DNA of 64,000 nt. Source: an uncultured Anaerolineales bacterium (GTDB lineage: Bacteria; Chloroflexota; Anaerolineae; Anaerolineales; UBA11858). Positions 57,165-64,000 of the stretch are shown here, in pieces (the stretch's first letter is position 1; the number at the start of each line of letters is the position of its first letter). The position numbers and the translations under genes are program-made. Where the stretch lies: positions 4,943 through 68,942 of the forward strand of contig CAYQQX010000003.1 in assembly GCA_964419495.1 (NCBI GenBank), in the 5' to 3' direction. The notes below the pieces were generated by a model. It made no database searches. It was given only the letters and a program-made list of their open reading frames with translations, and had not been told where the DNA came from.

Positions 57165-59627
57165 GTGGAGAAACCGAATAGCAAATTACCACCACAAGCT
57201 CGAGTCGTGATTATTGGCGGCGGTGTCATCGGCTGCAGTACCGCCTATCATCTGGCAAAACTGGGCTGGAAAGACATCGTGCTCCTGGAGCGCGCCCAGC
57301 TTACCGCCGGCACCACCTGGCATGCCGCTGGGCTAATTGAGGCGGGTGGGTTCATGGACGCCACCTCAATCGAGATGGCTGATTACACTTTGAAGCTTTA
57401 CAGTTCCCTGGAAGCCGAAACCGGATTGGCAACCGGCTACAAAGATGTGGGCATGATTACTCTGGCATCTACTCCAGAACGATTGGAGGAAATGCGACGA
57501 ATTTCTGCAAAAAACCGCTTCCATAATGTTGAGGTGGAGGAAATCTCCCCGAAGAAGATCAAGGAAATCTGGCCGCTGGCGTATACCGACGACCTCCTGG
57601 CCGGGTTTTATTCACCTGGGGATGGGCGCGTCAATCCCATCGATGTCACCATGGCCTTAGCCAAAGGCGCTCGCATGAGCGGCGTCCAAATCTTCGAAGA
57701 GACGGCTGTCACTGGTTTCAGCATCAAAAACCAGATGGTAACCGGAGTGATTACCGAAAAGGGCGAGATCCAGGCCGAGTACGTAGTCAACTGCGCCGGC
57801 ATGTGGGCCGGAGAGATAGGGAAGCTGGCCGGCGTCAATGTGCCGTTGCAACCCATGGAGCACTACTACCTGATCACAGAGCCAATTGACGGCATTGACC
57901 CCAAATTGCCCGTTTTGGTGGATTCCGATAAGTACGCTTATTATCGAGAAGAAGTGGGGGGTGTGTTGTTCGGCCTGTTCGAGCCTGAGGCTGCTCCCTG
58001 GGCCATGGACGGCATCCCCAAGAACTTCACCTTTGGGGAAATCAACCCCGATTGGGATCGCATGATGCCTTACATCGAGGAGGCCATGAAACGCATCCCG
58101 GTGCTTGAAAATGCAGGTATCCACAAATTCTTCTGCGGCCCGGAGAGCTTCACGCCAGACAATGGCTTCATGATGGGGTTGGCACCCGAGTTGGATAACT
58201 TCTATGTGGCTGCGGGTTTCAACTCCCTGGGAATTCTCATGGGCGGAGGCGCTGGCAAAGTGATGGCTCAATGGATCGTCGATGGCGTCTCGGATGTCGA
58301 CATCACCGAGATCGACATTGCCCGCATGCTGCCATTCCAGAATACCCCCAAATATCGGCAAGACAGGGGTGTCGAGATACTCGGGTACATGTTCAATATC
58401 GGTTATCCCAATAAACAGTTAAAAACCGCCCGCAATGTTCGCCAATCTCCTTTCCATCAAAGATTGGCCGAAGCAGGGGCGTATTTTGGCGTCTATGCCG
58501 GCATGGAATATCCGGATTGGTTTGCACCCAAAGGCGTTGACCCCAAAGTCGAATACTCCTGGGGGCGGCAGAACTGGTTCGAATACAGCGCCGCAGAGCA
58601 TCGCGCCACGCGCGAAAACGTCACCATGATGGATTATTCAGTCATGGGCAAAATCCTGGTCCAGGGTCGCGACGCCGAAAAATATCTCAACCGCATCTGC
58701 GCCAATAACGTCGCCGTGCCTGTCGGGCGTTGTGTCTATACTCAATGGTGCAACGAAACCGGCACCATCGAAGCCGATCTAACAGTTACTCGCCTGGCAG
58801 AAGACCTGTTCCTCATTCTCAGCGGAGATGCCACCATCCCCGCCGTGATGGCCTGGCTGCGAAGACACATTCCCTCCGATGCCCATGCTATCATAACGAA
58901 TATCTCTTCAGCATACAGTGTGCTCAACATCCAGGGTCCGAAATCTCGTGAATTTTTGAGCACCGTTACCCATGCCGATATGTCCAATGAAGCCTTTCCC
59001 TTCCTTACTTCCCAAGAGATCGACATTGGCTATGCCCTGGTAAGAGCCATCCGCATCACGTACGTCGGAGAATTGGGCTGGGAGTTGTATATCCCATCCG
59101 AATTCTCTTTGCACGTCTTCGATACCCTTGTAGAAGCAGGAAAAGATTTTGAACTGAAACACATCGGGCTGCAGGCCTTGAACACGCTGCGCCTAGAAAA
59201 AGCCTATCGCGACTATGGTGGCGATATCGACAACACCGATACGCCCCTGGAAGTTGGCTTGGGCTTCTTTGTTGATTTCGACAAACCTAGCGGATTCATC
59301 GGTCGAGATGCGTTACTAAAACTTAAAGAATCCGGCTACCGCTATCGCATGCCGCAGTTCCTGCTTGAGGATCCTGAACCGATGATGTATTACGGCGAGA
59401 TCATCTACCGGGATGGGGTACCTGTGGGGAATATCATGTCCGGAGGCTTCGGGCACACCTTAGGCGCGTCTGTCGCTGTTGGACCGGTGGAAGGCGAAGA
59501 TGAACCTGTGACGGTCGATTTCATCCAGAGCGGCGCCTATGAAATTGACATTGCGGGTGTGCGCTACCCGGCCAAAGCATCCCTAAGGCCCATGTATGAC
59601 CCCAAGCTCCTTCGAGTACGATGTTAA
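57165..59627 (+). CDS. Dimethylglycine oxidase/dehydrogenase-like flavoprotein (FAD + GcvT domains)
   Basis: It is 820 aa with a GTG start 20 nt after the MttB stop. It contains VVIIGGGVIGCSTAYHL, AGTTWHAAGL and TYVGELGWELYIP. Confidence 0.85.
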   Translation: MEKPNSKLPPQARVVIIGGGVIGCSTAYHLAKLGWKDIVLLERAQLTAGTTWHAAGLIEAGGFMDATSIEMADYTLKLYSSLEAETGLATGYKDVGMITLASTPERLEEMRRISAKNRFHNVEVEEISPKKIKEIWPLAYTDDLLAGFYSPGDGRVNPIDVTMALAKGARMSGVQIFEETAVTGFSIKNQMVTGVITEKGEIQAEYVVNCAGMWAGEIGKLAGVNVPLQPMEHYYLITEPIDGIDPKLPVLVDSDKYAYYREEVGGVLFGLFEPEAAPWAMDGIPKNFTFGEINPDWDRMMPYIEEAMKRIPVLENAGIHKFFCGPESFTPDNGFMMGLAPELDNFYVAAGFNSLGILMGGGAGKVMAQWIVDGVSDVDITEIDIARMLPFQNTPKYRQDRGVEILGYMFNIGYPNKQLKTARNVRQSPFHQRLAEAGAYFGVYAGMEYPDWFAPKGVDPKVEYSWGRQNWFEYSAAEHRATRENVTMMDYSVMGKILVQGRDAEKYLNRICANNVAVPVGRCVYTQWCNETGTIEADLTVTRLAEDLFLILSGDATIPAVMAWLRRHIPSDAHAIITNISSAYSVLNIQGPKSREFLSTVTHADMSNEAFPFLTSQEIDIGYALVRAIRITYVGELGWELYIPSEFSLHVFDTLVEAGKDFELKHIGLQALNTLRLEKAYRDYGGDIDNTDTPLEVGLGFFVDFDKPSGFIGRDALLKLKESGYRYRMPQFLLEDPEPMMYYGEIIYRDGVPVGNIMSGGFGHTLGASVAVGPVEGEDEPVTVDFIQSGAYEIDIAGVRYPAKASLRPMYDPKLLRVRC

Positions 59628-59654
59628 TCAAGCTCATCTCTAAATATTCTTTTT

Positions 59655-59749
59655 GTCACTCTGAGGGAGCGTAGGAAGCGAAGCGGTTGAAGCGACCGAA
59701 GAGTCTCTGATACCATGTGTTCCGGATCCTTCGCTGCGCTCAGGATGAC
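59655..59749. repeat. Imperfect inverted repeat element (GTCAYYCTGAG...GAAGGA arms)
   Basis: The left arm is gtcactctgagggagcgtaggaagc. The reverse complement of the right arm is gtcatcctgagcgcagcgaaggatc. The centre contains reiterated gaagcga units. Confidence 0.5.
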
Positions 59750-59796
59750 ATTACTAAGATAGCTTCTAATCGGATTTAAAAGAAGGAGTGATACCG

Positions 59797-60273
59797 ATGT
59801 CAAACACAGAAAAGAAACACCTCATTGATCAGTTAACTGAAACTCACCTGGCTACCCGGGCAACATTAGATGATGTCGATCTGGATATGCTTGTTCATAA
59901 AGAAACTGGTTGGCGAGTCAGGGACATCGTAGGGCACATAGCGACCTGGGATTGGGAAATTGCGAAATCCCTTCGTGCTTATCAGGCTGGATCAGAATAC
60001 CTTACTCCCAATCTTGATGAGGAAGAGGTTGAATTTAACCAAAATGCGGTTTTAGAGCAACAAAAGCTGACTGATCAACAAATTCTAAATGAATTTGAAA
60101 CCGCGTGTGATGAATTCAGGAAAGCAATTCAGGAAATTCCAGATGATCAATTTCCAGGCGATTTGCTCTATCCTTGGGGAGATGAGCGTGGGGATATCGC
60201 TACGATGGTTGAGTACATGATTGAACACAGTGATGAGCATCGAGAAGAAATCATCGCTGCAATTCAAGAATAG
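59797..60273 (+). CDS. DinB-superfamily four-helix-bundle protein
   Basis: It is about 158 aa from the ATG at 59797 (AAGGAG 8 nt upstream). RDIVGHIATWDWE and the C-terminal EHSDEHREEI give the histidine pattern of DinB-like proteins. Confidence 0.5.
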   Translation: MSNTEKKHLIDQLTETHLATRATLDDVDLDMLVHKETGWRVRDIVGHIATWDWEIAKSLRAYQAGSEYLTPNLDEEEVEFNQNAVLEQQKLTDQQILNEFETACDEFRKAIQEIPDDQFPGDLLYPWGDERGDIATMVEYMIEHSDEHREEIIAAIQE

Positions 60274-60312
60274 AAGATGTTTGAAACCACCTTCTTGTAA
60301 GGATTAACATCT

Positions 60313-60924
60313 ATGGTTGAAAATTTACGAGAACTCGGGGTCGTAAAATTAGTTCAGGTGCAGCCTAACGGCCTGATAATCGAGAAACCCTCCGGTTACT
60401 TTTATGACGTCACCAGACGCGTTGAAGTAGAGCGCTTGATTATTAACGCATTGGGCATCGAAGCCATCACCCCAGATGGGAAGCATGTGCTCGATATCCA
60501 CCACATTAACCACCCTGACAAAGCCTATGATGACGATGATCTGGTTTCCATCGGGTTTACATCGCACTACCAAGCCATAAGGGCACGCTTTGGGGAGCAC
60601 ATGGTCGACGGCAGCGCAGGAGAGAATATCATCATCGATTATGCTGATGAAATTTGGGAGCAAGACCTTGGAAGGCAAATCGCCATCGAAAGCGCGGAGA
60701 CCGGCCATAGAGCGCTGCTGGATTTGGTAAGTTTCGCACCACCGTGCGAGGAGTTCAGCCACTTCGTTGCCCAAAGTCAGCATGAGCGCCTCCCTGCAGC
60801 GGAGTTGAAATCTATCCTTCAGTTCCTGAATAAAGGTCGGCGTGGTTTCTTGCTGGTGCTGAGTGAAGGGCAAAAAGAAGCAACCGTTCAATCAGGGGAT
60901 CGGGTGTTTGTGGTGAAGGAATAA
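60313..60924 (+). CDS. MOSC-like beta-barrel domain protein
   Basis: It is 203 aa. GENIIIDY, PPCEEF, RRGFLLVLSEG and VQSGDRVFV follow the MOSC pattern (GEN...PC...GF..V..G.V..GD.V). Confidence 0.45.
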   Translation: MVENLRELGVVKLVQVQPNGLIIEKPSGYFYDVTRRVEVERLIINALGIEAITPDGKHVLDIHHINHPDKAYDDDDLVSIGFTSHYQAIRARFGEHMVDGSAGENIIIDYADEIWEQDLGRQIAIESAETGHRALLDLVSFAPPCEEFSHFVAQSQHERLPAAELKSILQFLNKGRRGFLLVLSEGQKEATVQSGDRVFVVKE

Positions 60925-60931
60925 GATAAGC

Positions 60932-62662
60932 ATGAAAGCAACCCTGGTTCTAAAAAACGGTGCTGTATACACCGTTGACACAGGTCGTAGTTGGGCCCAG
61001 GCTGTAGCGATTGCTGATCGAAAAATCATCTTTGTCGGTTCCGATACTGACGTCGAAGCCTACATTGATACCGATACAACTGTGATCGATCTGCAGGGCA
61101 AGATGGTGCTGCCTGCCCTCGTGGACAGCCACATGCACCCTGCCCAAAGCGCCCATATATACCAGTGTGGATTGGGACTCTTCGACGTGTCTGGCGAGGA
61201 TCAAATCCAGGCATATCTCAATGCCATACGCGCCTTTGTAGAAAAGCATCCGGCTGCGGCGTGGATTATCGGCGGCGGGTATTCCCGTTCTGCCTTTGAT
61301 GAAGTGGGTCCGCGCAAAGAATGGCTGGATGAGATCGAATCGTCTCGCCCTATTGCGATCACTTCCATCGATGGACACTCGATGTGGGTTAATTCCAAGG
61401 CCCTGGAGCTGGCGGATATCACCAAGGACACACCCCAGCCCGAAGAAGGGGTAATCAAGCATGACCCCAAAACGGGCCAGCCATCGGGATTGCTCCAGGA
61501 GCCGGGGGCGATGAACCTGGTCGCACAGCATATTCCAAATCCACCGAAAGAGCAAATCAAGCAGTCGTTGATTTGGCTTCAGGAGTGGCTAAACGCCAAA
61601 GGTATCACCACAGTGCACGAAGCTATGCTAGGGCTCGATGAGCGCCACATCTACGAAGCTTACGATGAACTTGCTCAAGAAGGAAAATTAACTTTGCGTT
61701 ACCGAGCCTCATGGAAAATGTCACCCGGCGGAGATATCACTGAACAGATCGATCAGGGAAAGGTTTTGGCAAAGAAGTTCACACATCCCCATTTCAAAGC
61801 CCATTCTTTCAAATTTTTTGCTGATCATGTCATCGAGGAAGAGACAGGTTTTCTACTGGAGCCATATACGCACCGGGACGACAATTGGTATGGCATCAAA
61901 GTCTGGGACGACGAAACATTCCAGAAGGCCTTTACCCAAATCGATTCAGCAGGATACCAGATCCACGTCCACGTGATTGGCGATGCAGCCGCACGATATA
62001 CCCTGGATGCGCTTGAATTCGCCCAGGATATGAACGGGAAACGAGACGCGCGGCATTCATTCGCCCATCTTCAGCTGGCAAAACAGGAAGATGTTTTGCG
62101 CATGGGTCAATTGGGTCTCAGCGTCCATACCAGCCCCTACTGGACGATCATAGATGATTATTTTTGGAAGCTGAGCATTCCCTATCTAGGTCGAGAGCGC
62201 GCTTTTTTCCAACAGTATCCTTTTAAGAGTATGTTCAAGGCAGGGGTCAATGTAACCGTCGCCAGCGATTTCTTCGTCACTGAGCCAGACCCAATGGCTG
62301 CCATTTACTGCGGCTTGACCCGCCGGATGTCCCCGACTACTTTCGAGACGGGGTATGGGGGAAAACCAAATTACCAATTGATATCAGATCCAGATGCAGA
62401 ACTAGAACCAGGCGATTTGGGCGTGCTACCACCTATTGAAGAATGCGCCGATCTCGAAGATATGATCGCAGCCTCGACACTCAACGGTGCATATGCCAAC
62501 TTTCTCGATGATGATCTTGGTTCAATCGATGTGGGAAAACTGGCAGATCTGGTCATCCTGGATCAGAATCTTTTTGCCATCGATATCGAACAGATCCCTG
62601 AAACCCAGATTGTGATGACCCTTTTTGAAGGGGAATGTGTTTATTCAGCAAAAGATTCTTAG
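60932..62662 (+). CDS. Amidohydrolase_3 (YtcJ-like) metal-dependent hydrolase
   Basis: It is 576 aa and contains VLPALVDSHMHP, IHVHVIGDAAAR and a C-terminal GKLADLVILDQNLF. Confidence 0.8.
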   Translation: MKATLVLKNGAVYTVDTGRSWAQAVAIADRKIIFVGSDTDVEAYIDTDTTVIDLQGKMVLPALVDSHMHPAQSAHIYQCGLGLFDVSGEDQIQAYLNAIRAFVEKHPAAAWIIGGGYSRSAFDEVGPRKEWLDEIESSRPIAITSIDGHSMWVNSKALELADITKDTPQPEEGVIKHDPKTGQPSGLLQEPGAMNLVAQHIPNPPKEQIKQSLIWLQEWLNAKGITTVHEAMLGLDERHIYEAYDELAQEGKLTLRYRASWKMSPGGDITEQIDQGKVLAKKFTHPHFKAHSFKFFADHVIEEETGFLLEPYTHRDDNWYGIKVWDDETFQKAFTQIDSAGYQIHVHVIGDAAARYTLDALEFAQDMNGKRDARHSFAHLQLAKQEDVLRMGQLGLSVHTSPYWTIIDDYFWKLSIPYLGRERAFFQQYPFKSMFKAGVNVTVASDFFVTEPDPMAAIYCGLTRRMSPTTFETGYGGKPNYQLISDPDAELEPGDLGVLPPIEECADLEDMIAASTLNGAYANFLDDDLGSIDVGKLADLVILDQNLFAIDIEQIPETQIVMTLFEGECVYSAKDS

Positions 62663-62671
62663 GAGCATATT

Positions 62672-63013
62672 ATGAAACTGCCGGTTATCAAACAAGCCAT
62701 AGAACAAACTCTGGAAGATACGGGCGTGCATCCCCAGGCTCTGGAAGGCACTGCCCCCTCAACAGCCTGGATGGAAGTTTTTTATGACGATGAAGGGCGA
62801 GACGCGGGAATTTGGGAATGTTCTCCCGGGAAATATCGTTTGGAACGCGAGAGCGATGAACTATGCTATATCCTCCAAGGACATTGGAAGCTAATTGGGG
62901 ATAATGGCGATGAATATGAGGTCAAAGCGGGGGATGTGCTCTATTTGCGAAAGGGCTGGTGCGGCACCAGCCATGTGATCGAAACCATTCGCAAGGTCTA
63001 TATGGCTTGCTAA
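62672..63013 (+). CDS. Small cupin (DUF861/cupin_3-like)
   Basis: It is 113 aa. GIWECSPGKY...DELCYILQGHWKL...VKAGDVLYLRKGW is the single-domain cupin pattern. Confidence 0.6.
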   Translation: MKLPVIKQAIEQTLEDTGVHPQALEGTAPSTAWMEVFYDDEGRDAGIWECSPGKYRLERESDELCYILQGHWKLIGDNGDEYEVKAGDVLYLRKGWCGTSHVIETIRKVYMAC

Positions 63014-63022
63014 AAAGGTGTG

Positions 63023-63085
63023 AGACTTCCGAAGTTTTATAAGTATCTTGTTGGCCCCACAGGCATTTTAAGACTTCGGAAGTCT
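63023..63085. terminator. Long-loop hairpin between convergent genes (possible terminator)
   Basis: The 13-bp inverted repeat is agacttccgaagt (63023-63035) / acttcggaagtct (63073-63085). On the - strand it is followed by a T5 run (63013-63017). Confidence 0.35.
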
Positions 63086-63194
63086 AAAATGATACTGATT
63101 TCCAGGGGAATCTTATTATCTGGTGTCTTGGTCCAGCACTTTCAGGAATCTGATCAGTTTTCTGCCGTTGTCTACCGAGACGATTTTATTAACC

Positions 63195-64000
63195 TCAACC
63201 TCCCAATGCAAAATTAGCCCCTACATATCCGCGCAAAATTCGTTCGAGCTCTGCTTCGATTTGCGCAGGCAAGCGAGGCGGCTGGTGAGAGGCCAGGATC
63301 TCCCTCGCTTTCTGCCTGCTCTTCTCGGCAACTTGCACTCGGTCTACTACCCAGGTTTCATAGGCATCTTTGTTCAACAATTCTGGCTGCCAGTGTCGCT
63401 TGTATTCTCTCCGAGTATGATTTTCTCTTAGGAAATTTCCTCGTGGGATATTGGCCTTGATCAGGGCAATTTCTTCATCTAGATCATGAAGAGTAATGCC
63501 CTGCATCATTCGCCGTAATCCGGCAATCAATTCGTTGTCCATCACCATCTGGGAAAATGATATCGCTGCCCCTGCATCAACCGCACCAACTCCATAGATG
63601 ATGCTCGCGCCCTCAACAAGTAGTGGAAATGCTGTGACGGCTTTTTCAAATCCAGCCTGCACATCCACTTCTTTGGCATCGGTGGAGAGTCCGCCACACA
63701 TAGAGGGGATGCCATAGAAATTGGCCATAATCGCCGCGCCGCTGTTGATCATACCGCGCTCTGGGGCACCAAGGGGTAATATCCCGGTACGCATATCGAG
63801 AACGCTGGAAACACTCCCATATAAAAGAGGGGTACCTGGGAATAGAATTTGTAAAACAACCACCCACGCCAGGATTTCCAGATTGATGACAACCAATTCG
63901 CCTAACAAAGTCGCCGGGGCAGAGGCACCGCCCATGGCCATGCTCAGCAATGTAATAGGCACACCATGATGAGCCCAGCGCAGCATACACTGAATATTCT
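63195..64000 (-). CDS. MttB-superfamily methyltransferase (non-Pyl), divergent clade, C-terminal part (runs off the right edge)
   Basis: The frame stays open past the track's Met (upstream residues NIQC...). SMAMGGASAPATLLGE, DMRTG and RGNFLRENHTRRE align with MttB blocks. It resembles 6195..7625 more than the other paralogues. Confidence 0.75.
   Translation of the reverse strand, partial: NIQCMLRWAHHGVPITLLSMAMGGASAPATLLGELVVINLEILAWVVVLQILFPGTPLLYGSVSSVLDMRTGILPLGAPERGMINSGAAIMANFYGIPSMCGGLSTDAKEVDVQAGFEKAVTAFPLLVEGASIIYGVGAVDAGAAISFSQMVMDNELIAGLRRMMQGITLHDLDEEIALIKANIPRGNFLRENHTRREYKRHWQPELLNKDAYETWVVDRVQVAEKSRQKAREILASHQPPRLPAQIEAELERILRGYVGANFALGG

Noticed and set aside
57657-58361. 234-aa antisense ORF inside the DMGO-like gene. 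Similar cases are 55897..56352, 60349..60891, 60950..61555, 45062..45577, 39600..40049 and 27136..27597.
   Set aside because: They are shadow ORFs opposite strongly supported genes. They have no recognisable motifs or RBS and an arginine/histidine-rich composition typical of antisense frames.
59797-63013. The DinB / MOSC-like / amidohydrolase_3 / cupin cluster as a distinct novel system
   Set aside because: These are common accessory enzyme families with only weak motif-level calls here. Nothing in the sequence links them mechanistically beyond co-orientation.
6195-64000. Pyrrolysine (in-frame TAG) decoding in the MttB genes
   Set aside because: All eight complete MttB-family ORFs are continuous open frames of 476-496 aa as listed in the ORF track, with no internal TAG. 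The partial ninth shows none either. I recognised no pylS/pylBCD-like genes or tRNA in the window. These are non-Pyl family members.
1-64000. Mobile genetic element, prophage or defence-system content
   Set aside because: I recognised no integrase, transposase, recombinase, phage structural genes, restriction, toxin-antitoxin or Cas-like genes. The only repeat-like items are the small palindromic elements reported above.

Overview
This window is gene-dense, with about 48 CDS, short intergenic gaps and long co-directional blocks on both strands. I found no rRNA, tRNA, CRISPR array, transposase or integrase.

**Main content.** The window reads as one large catabolic island for methylated amines, betaines and polyamines.
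- There are nine paralogues of the MttB (trimethylamine methyltransferase) superfamily. None has an in-frame TAG, so all are the non-pyrrolysine type.
- There is only one B12-binding corrinoid protein.
- There is one URO-D/MtaA-family gene, and it carries an in-frame TAA.
- Three FAD plus GcvT-domain enzymes resemble dimethylglycine oxidase/dehydrogenase (called DMGO-like below). A decayed N-terminal relic of a fourth is also present.

**Surrounding genes.**
- Transport: an Opp/Dpp-type ABC importer and an MFS transporter.
- Polyamine metabolism: agmatine deiminase, N-carbamoylputrescine amidase, a TAT-exported spermidine-dehydrogenase-like flavoprotein and three DAO/PuuB-like FAD oxidoreductases.
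- Other oxidoreductases: a tungsten-type aldehyde:ferredoxin oxidoreductase and two saccharopine-dehydrogenase-family enzymes.
- Amino-group enzymes: two class-III aminotransferases and a fused kinase plus AGXT2L-type phospho-lyase.
- Further enzymes: an ornithine-cyclodeaminase-family enzyme and a methylmalonate/malonate-semialdehyde dehydrogenase.
- Hydrolases: three tandem leaderless Cys-type sulfatases, a type-B (cholinesterase-family) carboxylesterase and several amidohydrolases.
- Regulators: two Lrp/AsnC and one GntR.

**Best leads.**
- The MttB expansion with a single corrinoid carrier.
- Recurrent MttB/DMGO gene pairs.
- An operon whose enzyme set fits a complete beta-alanine-betaine-type degradation route.
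- The in-frame stop in the URO-D gene.
- The kinase/phospho-lyase fusion.
- A stack of five perfect hairpins between convergent operons.

All functional calls are family-level motif recognition by eye. No database search was run, and substrate assignments are inference.
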